Assembly: GCA_052389535.1 (NCBI GenBank)
Contig: JBQTHU010000041.1
Location: 12,972-76,971, forward strand
Source of the DNA: Betaproteobacteria bacterium
Lineage (GTDB): Bacteria; Pseudomonadota; Gammaproteobacteria; Burkholderiales; SG8-41
Reading direction: 5' to 3'
DNA length: 64,000 bases
Below the pieces are notes generated by a model. That model was not told the origin of the DNA. It searched no databases and saw only the letters and a list, made by a program, of their open reading frames with translations. The position numbers and the translations under genes are program-made. Of the stretch, positions 33,633-42,141 are shown one piece after another. Within the stretch, counting starts at the first letter, position 1. The number at the start of each line of letters is the position of its first letter.

Positions 33633-35099
33633 ATGGCGGGAGCGTTGCGCGTACTGTTCGTCACGCCCGAATGCGCGCCGCTCGTCAAGGTCGGCGGGCT
33701 CGGAGACGTCAGCGCGGCACTGCCCGTCGCGCTGCGCGCGATCGACGTCGACGTGCGCGTACTGCTGCCAGGCTATGCAAACGTCATGGCTCGCCTCGGC
33801 GATGCGGCAACGCTGGCGTCGCTCGAAATCCTGGGACACCGTGTCCGGTTGCTGGACGCCCGCCTCGCCAGCGGCGTGCCGCTCATCGTTGTCGACTGTC
33901 CCGCGCTCTTTCAGCGCAGCGGCGACCCTTACCAGGACGAAGCGGGCGCGGACTGGCCGGACAATGCCGCGCGCTTCGGCGTATTGTCCAAGGCCGCCGC
34001 GGCGCTCGGCAGCGCCTCCACTCCGCTCGGCTGGCAGCCGGACGTCGTGCATCTCAACGACTGGCCGGCGGCGCTTGCGGCAGCCTATCTGCACTACGGG
34101 CATGGGCCACGTTCGACCAGCATCGTGACGATTCACAATCTCGCGTTCCAGGGCAATTTCGAACCCGGCGTTCTGCCGCACTTGCAACTGCCTCCCCAAA
34201 GCTACGCCCCTGAAGGCCTCGAGTTCCACGGCCAGGTCTCGTTCCTCAAGGCAGGCCTCTGCTATGCAGACCGGATCACCACCGTCAGTCCGACCTACGC
34301 ACAGGAAATACAGCGCGAGGCCACGGGCGCGGGCATGCACGACATCCTGCGACACCGCAGCCCGGCGTTGACCGGAATCCAGAACGGGATCGACACCGGC
34401 GAGTGGGATCCGGCTGCCGACTCCTGCTTGCCCGCGCATTACACCGCCGGGACGCTGACGCGCAAAGCCGATGTCAAGCGTGCGCTCGCCTCGCGCCTGG
34501 GGCTCACCGAGATTTCGCCCGATGTTCCGCTGCTCGGGTTCGTGGGCCGCTTGACACACCAGAAAGGCGCCGACCTGCTGGTCGCTGCAGCACCCGACCT
34601 ACTTGCGATGGATGTGCGGATGGTGGTACTCGGGACCGGCACGCGCGAGCAGGAAGACGCGCTGCGCGCGCTCGCCGATCGCTACCCCGGGATGGTGAGC
34701 GTCACCCTCGGCTTCGACGAGCCGCTGGCGCACCTGATCGAAGGCGGCGCCGACCTGTTCATCATGCCGTCGCGATTCGAGCCCTGCGGGCTGAACCAGA
34801 TGTACAGCCAGCGCTATGGCACGCCACCGGTGGCGCACGCAACCGGCGGGCTCGTGGACACCATAGCGGACTGCACCGAGGAAACGCTGCGCGCCCGAAC
34901 CGCCACCGGTTTTCTGTTCCGCGAGCCATCCGCGCGCGCGTTGATCGCCGCCGTCGAGCGCGCGCTCGCCGTCTATCGCGTGCCCGACCGCTGGCGCAGT
35001 CTGCAGCGCAGCGGCATGGCGCGAGACTTCAGCTGGACCCGGCCGGCCCGGCAGTATGCCGCGCTCTACCGTCAGCTCGCCGCACGCGATCGGGATTGA
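33633..35099 (+). CDS. glgA: Glycogen synthase (ADP-glucose type)
   Basis: 488 aa with the KVGGLGDV motif and full-length GlgA resemblance, including the C-terminal DFSW region. Confidence 0.95.
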   Translation: MAGALRVLFVTPECAPLVKVGGLGDVSAALPVALRAIDVDVRVLLPGYANVMARLGDAATLASLEILGHRVRLLDARLASGVPLIVVDCPALFQRSGDPYQDEAGADWPDNAARFGVLSKAAAALGSASTPLGWQPDVVHLNDWPAALAAAYLHYGHGPRSTSIVTIHNLAFQGNFEPGVLPHLQLPPQSYAPEGLEFHGQVSFLKAGLCYADRITTVSPTYAQEIQREATGAGMHDILRHRSPALTGIQNGIDTGEWDPAADSCLPAHYTAGTLTRKADVKRALASRLGLTEISPDVPLLGFVGRLTHQKGADLLVAAAPDLLAMDVRMVVLGTGTREQEDALRALADRYPGMVSVTLGFDEPLAHLIEGGADLFIMPSRFEPCGLNQMYSQRYGTPPVAHATGGLVDTIADCTEETLRARTATGFLFREPSARALIAAVERALAVYRVPDRWRSLQRSGMARDFSWTRPARQYAALYRQLAARDRD

Positions 35100-36027
35100 T
35101 CACGCCGGGGCTGTCGTTCCACTCGCTCAGCTTGCGGAACAGCTCGGTATGCCCCTCGCCGTGTATCGGCCACCGGCGGTTCCAAAGATCGAAGCGCGGG
35201 CGCGGCCCGATGACGTCGTTGCGGGCGGCGGCGAGGCTGTCGATGGTGCCTACGTCCCGCCAGTATCCGGCTTCCTCGTAGGGCTTGATGCCGGGAACCT
35301 GGTTGTTCGTGAAGTCGTAGGCGAGAACGCGGCAGCAACCCGGGAGGCCCGGCATCACGTCCCGGCCGAAATCGACCGCCCCCCGGCGCTGCGCGGCTTG
35401 CAGCAGTCCGACCAGCACGTCCGGGTTGAAGAGGTAATTGCCCATGGAGGCCTGCGCCTGCCCGGGATCGTGCGGGGACGGCGTCGGACGAGCCGGTTTC
35501 TCCTGGAATTCCCGGATGCGCCCCTCTCTGTCGGTCACGACGACCCCGAATGAGGATGCGCCCTGAATCGGCACGGGGACGGCCGCAACCGTCACGTCGG
35601 CGTTGCGCGACGCGTGAAACTCCACCATCTGCCGCACATCCATCCGATACACATGGTCCGCTGCGAAAATCGCCACCACATCGGGGCGATGCCGGACGAT
35701 GAGATCGAGGTTCTTGTACACCGCGTCCGCGGTTCCGAGGAACCGGGCGCCATTGCCGTCCTCGCCGGGGAGGATGACCCTGATCGTGCTGCCCGGCCCC
35801 GCAGACCACCGCGCCCACGCCCTGCCGATGTGACGCACGAGCGCCTCGGGCTTGTACTGCCCGACGACGTAGATCGGCTCGATATCCGAGTTCACCAGAT
35901 TGCTCAGCACGAAATCGACAATGCGATAGCCGTTGACGAACGGCACTGCGGGTTTCGGGCTGTCGGCGGTGAGAGGATACAGACGCGTGCCTTCACCGCC
36001 AGCCAGGACGATCGCCAGAATTTTCAT
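35029..36027 (-). CDS. glgC: Glucose-1-phosphate adenylyltransferase catalytic domain only (C-terminal left-handed beta-helix domain missing)
   Basis: MKILAIVLAGGEGTRLYPLT ... FAADHVYRMD ... YWRDVGT match GlgC. Similarity stops after RRWPI, and the last ~45 codons run into the 3' end of glgA (71-nt convergent overlap). Confidence 0.8.
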   Translation of the reverse strand: MKILAIVLAGGEGTRLYPLTADSPKPAVPFVNGYRIVDFVLSNLVNSDIEPIYVVGQYKPEALVRHIGRAWARWSAGPGSTIRVILPGEDGNGARFLGTADAVYKNLDLIVRHRPDVVAIFAADHVYRMDVRQMVEFHASRNADVTVAAVPVPIQGASSFGVVVTDREGRIREFQEKPARPTPSPHDPGQAQASMGNYLFNPDVLVGLLQAAQRRGAVDFGRDVMPGLPGCCRVLAYDFTNNQVPGIKPYEEAGYWRDVGTIDSLAAARNDVIGPRPRFDLWNRRWPIHGEGHTELFRKLSEWNDSPGVINPDRVRRADGRARHTAGPAGSS

Positions 36028-36261
36028 GGAATCCCTCTGTCCGGAACTGTTGCGTTGGCGGAAGTCTCGCCCGCGAGGTGATGCTTGTTCTCCGAACAGC
36101 CAGAGCGGAACGCGGGGCGCGAGAGGACTATAGTTTCCGCAGGCGCGCCGCGCTATCGGTTTGCCTTGATCTTTTTGTGGCGAAGCCGCGGCGCGCTGTA
36201 GTCGCCGCACGACAGGCGCGCGATGCCAGCGGCACAACGCCGGCCGGGACCGGCCGGAAGG

Positions 36262-36891
36262 TCAATCTACGAGGCGATGCTTGATGGCGTAGTGCACCAG
36301 CTCGGCGTTGGTGCGCAGGCTCAGCTTGCGGAAGATGCGCGCGCGATAAGTGCTGATCGTGCTGGGACTCACGAACAGCTCCGAGGCGATCTGGTGGATC
36401 TGCTTGCCGGAAGCGAGCAGCCACATCACGCGGTACTCCCGGTCCGACAGCGTTTCGTGCAGCGGCTTCTGCGTGTCGCGCGACAGCTCGAATGCAAGCT
36501 TCTCGGCAAGCGAGCGGCTCACGTAGCGCCCGCCGTTGGTGACCTTGCGCAGCGCGGAGGTAAGCTCTTCGCCCACACATTCCTTGTTGATATAGCCCGC
36601 ACCGCCCGCCTTCAGCACCCGTGTCGCGTGCAGCTCCTCGGGGTACATGCTGAGAATCAGCACCGGACGCTGCGGAAACTCGCGCTTGAGTTCCTTCAGC
36701 AGGTCGAGACCGCTCCGCCCCGGCATCGAGTAATCGACCAGGGCCACGTCCCACTCGACTTTACGCGCGAGATCAAGCGTTTCCGTGCCGTTCTTCGCCT
36801 CACCGACCACTTCGATGCCGGAATCCGTCGCCAGTATCTGCCTCAATCCATGCCGAACCACCGGATGGTCGTCCGCGATCAGTACCTTCAC
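36262..36891 (-). CDS. NarL/FixJ-family response regulator (REC + LuxR HTH), paralog 2
   Basis: GTG start at 36891 (VKVLIADDHPVVRHG). About 70% identical by eye to the regulator at 29801..30430. The upstream part of ORF 36262..37491 is an out-of-frame overlap with the kinase gene. Confidence 0.93.
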   Translation of the reverse strand: MKVLIADDHPVVRHGLRQILATDSGIEVVGEAKNGTETLDLARKVEWDVALVDYSMPGRSGLDLLKELKREFPQRPVLILSMYPEELHATRVLKAGGAGYINKECVGEELTSALRKVTNGGRYVSRSLAEKLAFELSRDTQKPLHETLSDREYRVMWLLASGKQIHQIASELFVSPSTISTYRARIFRKLSLRTNAELVHYAIKHRLVD

Positions 36892-36932
36892 GATTCTCTC
36901 CCTGTTCTTTTGCCGCCTGCCGGAAAGCAGCG

Positions 36933-38150
36933 TCAGCCGCGCGCGGCATGCGCAACCGGTCGCGGACTGCCGAGCGGTATGCGTACCCTGACGGCCGTGC
37001 CCTTGCCGCGCTGGCCCTGTATCTCGATTCTTCCGTCGAAGGGCAATACCCGCTCCCGCATGCCCAGAAACCCGAGCGATTTGGAACTGTTGATCTTCGC
37101 CTCGCCGATGCCCTTGCCGTTGTCCTGCACCCGCAACCAGATCTCGCCCTCGTCCTCGCCCATGCAGACGTCCACGCGGGTGGCGTGGGCGTGGCGCGCG
37201 ACGTTGGTGAGCAGCTCCTGGAAGATACGGAACATGGCCGTGGAGCGCGCCTGATCCAGCGACGGGCCGTCGGCCGGAATCTGGACACTGCACCGGATGC
37301 CGGACCGGACCTGGAAATCGCGCGCCTGCCAGCCGATCGCGGCCGCGAGCCCGATCTCGTCCAGCACTTCCGGTCGCAGGCCGGAGGCGATTCTTCGCAC
37401 CGATCGGATCGTGCCGTCGATCAGCCGGAACATCGCCGTGGTCTTTTCCGCCAGCGCTTTCTGCTCGGGTTGCAGTCCGCTGGCGAGCCACGTCAGGTCC
37501 ATCTTGAGCCCGGTGAGCGCCTGGCCGAGCTCGTCGTGTATCTCGCGCGCGATGCGGATCTGCTCCTCCTCGCGCACCGACTGCAGCCGCGCCGCCAGCG
37601 CGCGCAGGTTTTCCTCGGACTCGCGCAGCCGTTCCTCCGTCACGCGCCGCTCCGCGATCTCCCGCGTGAGCGCAAGGTTCTTGTTGTAGAGATCGACGAA
37701 CACCGCGATCTTCGAGCGCAGCACCTCGGGGATCAGCGGCTTCACGATGTAATCGACCGCGCCGACCTCGTATCCGCGGAAGATCGAGGCAAGATCCTCG
37801 TACGCGGCGGTGAGAAAGATGATCGGCGTGTGCCGCGGCCCGGGCTGCTCCCGGATGCGGCGCGCGGTGGTGAACCCGTCCATGCCGGGCATGCGTGCGT
37901 CGAGCAGGATCACGGCGAACTCATCCTGCGCCACCTTCTTGAGCGCCTCCTCGCCCGAACTGGCAAGCACCAGCGTCTGGCCCGGCGCATCGAGCAGCTC
38001 GCGCAGGGCGAGGAGATTGCGCTGGTCGTCGTCGACAGCCAGAATCTTCGCCGCGCTCCCTGCCGACGTCACTTCGGACACCTCGCGTTCGACACGTTGT
38101 TGCATTCCTGCCCTGCCGCGTATTATCGGTGCAAGCGCTGTGCAAGCCAA
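36933..38150 (-). CDS. Soluble REC-input histidine kinase: REC - coiled coil - HisKA_3 - HATPase_c
   Basis: Receiver (ILAVDDDQ ... LLDARMPGMDG ... DYIVKP), H-box REIHDELGQ (NarX/DegS type) and an ATPase domain. The start may be the Met at 38105. Confidence 0.88.
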   Translation of the reverse strand: MACTALAPIIRGRAGMQQRVEREVSEVTSAGSAAKILAVDDDQRNLLALRELLDAPGQTLVLASSGEEALKKVAQDEFAVILLDARMPGMDGFTTARRIREQPGPRHTPIIFLTAAYEDLASIFRGYEVGAVDYIVKPLIPEVLRSKIAVFVDLYNKNLALTREIAERRVTEERLRESEENLRALAARLQSVREEEQIRIAREIHDELGQALTGLKMDLTWLASGLQPEQKALAEKTTAMFRLIDGTIRSVRRIASGLRPEVLDEIGLAAAIGWQARDFQVRSGIRCSVQIPADGPSLDQARSTAMFRIFQELLTNVARHAHATRVDVCMGEDEGEIWLRVQDNGKGIGEAKINSSKSLGFLGMRERVLPFDGRIEIQGQRGKGTAVRVRIPLGSPRPVAHAARG

Positions 38151-38218
38151 CCCCAGCGAACCAGGGCCGTCGTCCCGGGCATCCTTGGTCCCAACGGACC
38201 AGCCGCCCCGCTTGCAGA

Positions 38219-38242
38219 TTAATGTGCCTTGTCGGACATTAA
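38219..38242. promoter_or_regulatory. AT-rich palindrome TTAATGT-N10-ACATTAA in the divergent intergenic region
   Basis: Read directly. Lies 70-135 nt upstream of the REC-input kinase start. Candidate operator, partner unknown. Confidence 0.3.
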
Positions 38243-38400
38243 CGACTTGGGTGTCGTACGCCCGCTACATCGGGACAGCTGCCGATGGCCAGCCCGCTGT
38301 TATCAGTCGGCCCTCCGGCCAAACAAAGCGCAGCCATCGACCTGTTCCTTCCCGAACCGCTCCGTCGCTGACGCCGCCGCGGAATATTCCTTCGGCATAA

Positions 38401-38435
38401 CGCGGGCAAACCACGCTCGCCCGCGCTGATTTTTT
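38401..38435 (+). terminator. Orphan intrinsic-terminator-like hairpin (7-bp stem CGCGGGC/GCCCGCG, 11-nt loop) followed by CTGATTTTTT
   Basis: Read directly. No convincing CDS lies upstream on the plus strand. It sits 130 nt before the first EPS gene. Confidence 0.5.
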
Positions 38436-38464
38436 CTGGCCGCGCCGACGTGATTGCGACCATG

Positions 38465-38509
38465 AGCCGGATAGCTCAGTCATTTACGAGGTCAACACAA
38501 AGTCTGTTC
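38465..38509 (+). other. tRNA 5'-half-like remnant (acceptor 5' strand, D-arm, degenerate anticodon arm); no T-arm
   Basis: CCGGATAGCTCAGTC (38467-38481) is identical to the 5' acceptor/D-arm of tRNAs such as E. coli tRNA-Phe as I recall it. A 4-bp stem with a 7-nt loop (AACA-CAAAGTC-TGTT) follows at the right spacing. There is no GTTCGAATC-type T-loop and no acceptor 3' strand. Confidence 0.3.
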
Positions 38510-38565
38510 TTCCGCTACGCATACGATGCCCCGGTGCACGCTACATCGGCGAAGGAAATCACAAT

Positions 38566-39594
38566 ATGCCCGGCACCCCGCTAATCCAAGGCCTGAAAAT
38601 ATTCTCCACCTGCCCGCCCTCCAACCGGATTCCGCAGGCGGAATACCTGCAGCGGGTACAGGAAATCGCACGATGGAGCGAGCAGGCCGGCTGCGAGGGC
38701 ATCCTGGTGTACACCGACAACGGCCTGCTCGACCCCTGGCTGGTATCGGAGGCAATCATCAATGCGACGCGCAAGCTCTCGCCGCTCGTCGCGATCCAGC
38801 CCGCTTACATGCATCCCTACAGCGCCGCCAAGATGGTCGCCACGCTCGCATACCTCCACGAGCGGCGACTGTATCTCAACATGGTGGCAGGCGGCTTCAG
38901 GAATGACCTGATTGCGCTCAATGACCCGACGCCCCACGATGAGCGCTACGACCGCCTGGTGGAGTACACCACGATCATCAAGGCGCTGCTGCGAGGCAGC
39001 GACGCGCTGACGTACGAGGGCCGGTACTACCGCGTGGCGAACCTCAAGCTGACGCCGCCGCTTGCGCCGGCCCTTATGCCGGGCGTCTTCGTGTCGGGTT
39101 CCTCGGACGCCGGAATGGCGGCGGCGCGCAAATTGTCCGCCACCGCCGTGCAGTACCCGCGACCGCCGTCCGAGTACGCGCCGGCGACCGGCAACACGAC
39201 AGGCAGCATGGGGATCCGCATCGGGATCATCGCGCGCGAGGAGGACGCTGAAGCATGGCACGTCGCGCGCACCCGGTTTCCGGAAGACCGCAAGGGACAG
39301 CTCACCCATCAGCTGGCGATGAAAGTGTCCGACTCGTCGTGGCACAAGCAGCTCTCCGAGCTGGGGGAGACGCCGGCCTCTTCCGAGAATCCGTACTGGC
39401 TGGTCCCGTTCCAGAACTACAAGACCTTCTGCCCGTACCTCGTCGGCGGTTATGACCGTGTCGCCGACGAAGTGTCCCGCTACGTGGAGGCCGGCTACCG
39501 CACTTTCATTCTCGACGTGCCGGCCGGCCCGGAGGAAATGCAGCACATAGGCGAGGTGTTCGAGCGCGCGGTCTGCGCGTTCGCGATCGGATGA
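38566..39594 (+). CDS. LLM-class (luciferase-like, SsuD-like) flavin-dependent monooxygenase
   Basis: 342 aa with a TIM-barrel LLM pattern resembling SsuD along its whole length. GAAGGA ribosome-binding site upstream. Confidence 0.88.
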   Translation: MPGTPLIQGLKIFSTCPPSNRIPQAEYLQRVQEIARWSEQAGCEGILVYTDNGLLDPWLVSEAIINATRKLSPLVAIQPAYMHPYSAAKMVATLAYLHERRLYLNMVAGGFRNDLIALNDPTPHDERYDRLVEYTTIIKALLRGSDALTYEGRYYRVANLKLTPPLAPALMPGVFVSGSSDAGMAAARKLSATAVQYPRPPSEYAPATGNTTGSMGIRIGIIAREEDAEAWHVARTRFPEDRKGQLTHQLAMKVSDSSWHKQLSELGETPASSENPYWLVPFQNYKTFCPYLVGGYDRVADEVSRYVEAGYRTFILDVPAGPEEMQHIGEVFERAVCAFAIG

Positions 39595-41198
39595 ACATGC
39601 TACTGCAGCACGGTGTTACGGCGCAGGCGGAAGCGCGCCCGGAAGCCATTGCGCTCGTCGGCAGGAGCGAGCGGATCACCTACGGCACGCTCGAACGCGA
39701 CAGCAACCGGCTGGCGCGGCTGCTGATCGAGTCCGGCTGCGGCAGAGGCGAACGCGTCGCGCTGCTGATGCCGAAGGTTCCGCAGGCGATCATCGCCATG
39801 CTCGCCACGCTCAAGGCCGGGGCGATATATGTCCCGCTCGACCCTGCCGGACCGCCGAGCAGGCTGGCGCGCATGCTCGAGATCAGCGACTGCTGCTGCA
39901 TCCTGGCCTGCGGACCGGTCGAGGACATGCTGCGCGAGACGCTGGCTGCGGCGCGGCTTGCCCGGCAGCCGGTCGTCGGCTGGCTGCAGGGCCGGGTGCC
40001 GGAAGTGGCTGGCGTAGCCGCCTTCGGTGAAGCCGCGGCCGCGGGATTTCCGGACACTCTGCCCCCCTGCGACAGCAACGATGGCGACCTTGCGCACATC
40101 CTCTTCACTTCGGGTTCCACCGGGTTGCCCAAGGGCGTGATGATCGCGCATCGCAGCGTCGTGCATTTCATCGACTGGGCGCGGGCATACTTCGGCACCG
40201 CGCCCGGAGAGCGCATCTCGCAGCACCCGCCCTTTCACTTCGATCTGTCCACCTTCGACATCTACGGCACGCTATGGGCGGGCGCCGAGCTGCATCTGGT
40301 CCCGCCCGAATTGAACCTGCTGCCCCACAAGCTCGCGCGGTTCATCGCCGAAGCAGAGCTTACGCAGTGGTTTTCCGTGCCTTCGGTGCTGAACCTCATG
40401 GCGAAATACGACGTGGTGCCATCGGGATCGCTGCCGAGTCTTGAACGGGTGATGTGGTGCGGCGAGGCCATGCCCACGCCTACGCTCATTTACCTGATGC
40501 AGCGCCTGCCGCACGCGCGCTTCACCAACCTTTACGGCCCTACGGAAGCCACGATTGCAAGCAGCTACTACACCGTGCCCGGCTGTCCGCGCGACGAGCG
40601 CGTAGCGATTCCGATCGGCACGCCGTGCGATGGCGAAGCGCTGCTGGTGCTCGACGAGGCGCTGCGGCCGGTGGCCGCGGGTGATATCGGGGATCTCTAC
40701 ATCAGCGGAGTGGGGTTGAGCCCCGGTTATTGGCGTGACCCGGACAAGACGCGCGCCGCATTTTTGCCCCGCCCCGGCGGCGGATATCCTGACGAGCGCA
40801 TCTATCGAACCGGCGATCTCGCCCGCGTGGGCAGCGACGGGCTCGTGTATTTCCTGGGCCGGGCCGATTCCCAGATCAAGAGCCGCGGCTACCGCATCGA
40901 GCTGGGCGAAATCGAGGCCGCCGCGAACGCCACGGGATGGCTGCGCGAGTGCGCCGTGGTGGCATTCGCGAGCAACGGTTTCGAGGGGCACGCCATCTGC
41001 TGCGCCTATACGCCGCTGCCCGATGTCGAAGTGACGCCCGCCCGTCTGCGCGAGCGGCTGCGCTCGCTGCTGCCCGCCTACATGCTGCCCACCCACTGGC
41101 GCGCTTTCGAATTTCTCCCCAAGAACCCCAACGGCAAGATCGACCGGCCGGCATTGCGGGCGGCGTTCCAGCAACCGTCGGAAGTGCTGCATGTTTGA
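39591..41198 (+). CDS. Stand-alone amino acid adenylation enzyme (NRPS A-domain / DltA-like)
   Basis: 535 aa. Core motifs FTSGSTGLPKGV (A3), FHFDLS (A4), NLYGPTEAT (A5), YRTGDLAR (A7), GRADSQIKSRGYRIELGEIE (A8), PKNPNGKIDR (A10). ATGA overlap with the LLM gene. Confidence 0.9.
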   Translation: MNMLLQHGVTAQAEARPEAIALVGRSERITYGTLERDSNRLARLLIESGCGRGERVALLMPKVPQAIIAMLATLKAGAIYVPLDPAGPPSRLARMLEISDCCCILACGPVEDMLRETLAAARLARQPVVGWLQGRVPEVAGVAAFGEAAAAGFPDTLPPCDSNDGDLAHILFTSGSTGLPKGVMIAHRSVVHFIDWARAYFGTAPGERISQHPPFHFDLSTFDIYGTLWAGAELHLVPPELNLLPHKLARFIAEAELTQWFSVPSVLNLMAKYDVVPSGSLPSLERVMWCGEAMPTPTLIYLMQRLPHARFTNLYGPTEATIASSYYTVPGCPRDERVAIPIGTPCDGEALLVLDEALRPVAAGDIGDLYISGVGLSPGYWRDPDKTRAAFLPRPGGGYPDERIYRTGDLARVGSDGLVYFLGRADSQIKSRGYRIELGEIEAAANATGWLRECAVVAFASNGFEGHAICCAYTPLPDVEVTPARLRERLRSLLPAYMLPTHWRAFEFLPKNPNGKIDRPALRAAFQQPSEVLHV

Positions 41199-42141
41199 GT
41201 GGTGGCGTCCGCGGAGTGCGACTGTTCTGCTGGTCGCCGAAGAGGCGGCGGGGGTACAGACGCTGCGCGCCATACTGAAGGGCAGACACCGGCTTGTCGG
41301 AGTGGTGACTTCGGAAAGCGAGGACCTGCGGCGGGGGGCTACCGTGCGCGGCGTCGCCGAGAGCAGCGGCTGCCGCATCTGGCCGGCAGAGTCGGTCAGG
41401 AGTCCCGGCTTTGTCGATGAAATCCGCGCGGCGGAGGTGGACATACTGCTCAACGTGCATTCGCTGCGCATGATCCATCCCGCAGTGCTCGCAGCCCCGC
41501 TCATCGGCAGTTTCAATCTGCACCCGGGGCCGCTGCCCGAATATTCGGGACTCAACGCCCCCAGCTGGGCGATCTATAACGGAGAGCCGCGTCACGCCGT
41601 CACGGTCCACTGGATGACCGCAGAAATCGACAGCGGCCCCGTGGCTTTTCGCGAGGAACTGATCACCGTGGAGGACGAGACGGGCCTGACCCTCAGCGCG
41701 AAATGCGTTCGGGCGGGCGTACCGCTGCTGCTCAGAGTGCTTGACGCGGCCAGCGAGGATCCCGCATCGATTCCGCGCCTGCCGCAGGATTTCTCGCGCC
41801 GCCGCCGCTACGGCCGGGAAGTCCCGCAGAACGGGCGTTTGCGCTGGTCGCAATCCGCAGAGCGGATCGTACGGTTTGTACGGGCATGCGACTACTCGCC
41901 GCTGCCTTCTCCATGGGGATACCCGTACACCCGGCTGAAGGGCGAGCCCTGCGCCGTGCTCAAAGCCGCGCGAACCCGGCGCCGCTGCGCGGTGCCCGCG
42001 GGCACCATCGGAGAAATCAGGGACGCGACCGCGCTCGTGGCTGCGTCTGACGAGTGGGTGGCGATCAGCCAACTCAATGTTGCAGGCCGTGCGCTGCGTG
42101 CGGCCGACGTATTGCACACAGGAGCACGCCTTGAAGATTGA
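41191..42141 (+). CDS. Formyltransferase (Fmt/ArnA-N-like, with Fmt-type C-terminal domain)
   Basis: 316 aa. SFNLHPGPLPEYSG and EIDSGPV match the N-x-H ... D catalytic signature of formyltransferases. 8-nt overlap with the adenylation gene. Confidence 0.85.
   Translation: MFEWWRPRSATVLLVAEEAAGVQTLRAILKGRHRLVGVVTSESEDLRRGATVRGVAESSGCRIWPAESVRSPGFVDEIRAAEVDILLNVHSLRMIHPAVLAAPLIGSFNLHPGPLPEYSGLNAPSWAIYNGEPRHAVTVHWMTAEIDSGPVAFREELITVEDETGLTLSAKCVRAGVPLLLRVLDAASEDPASIPRLPQDFSRRRRYGREVPQNGRLRWSQSAERIVRFVRACDYSPLPSPWGYPYTRLKGEPCAVLKAARTRRRCAVPAGTIGEIRDATALVAASDEWVAISQLNVAGRALRAADVLHTGARLED

Noticed and set aside
38229-38429. 66-aa ORF ending inside the orphan terminator
   Set aside because: It has poor codon bias, no ribosome-binding site and no recognisable family, and its stop codon falls within the hairpin. 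Treated as non-coding.
38465-38540. Possible intact tRNA gene
   Set aside because: Only the acceptor 5' strand, the D-arm and a degenerate anticodon arm can be folded. There is no T-loop (GTTCRANYC) and no complementary acceptor 3' strand, and position 33 is not U. Reported as a remnant only.
38150-38565. Sigma-54 (GG-N10-GC) promoter for the EPS operon
   Set aside because: I looked for TGGCAC-N5-TTGC-like spacing. The GG/GC pairs present (for example TGGCCG...TTGC near 38437-38457) have the wrong spacing.
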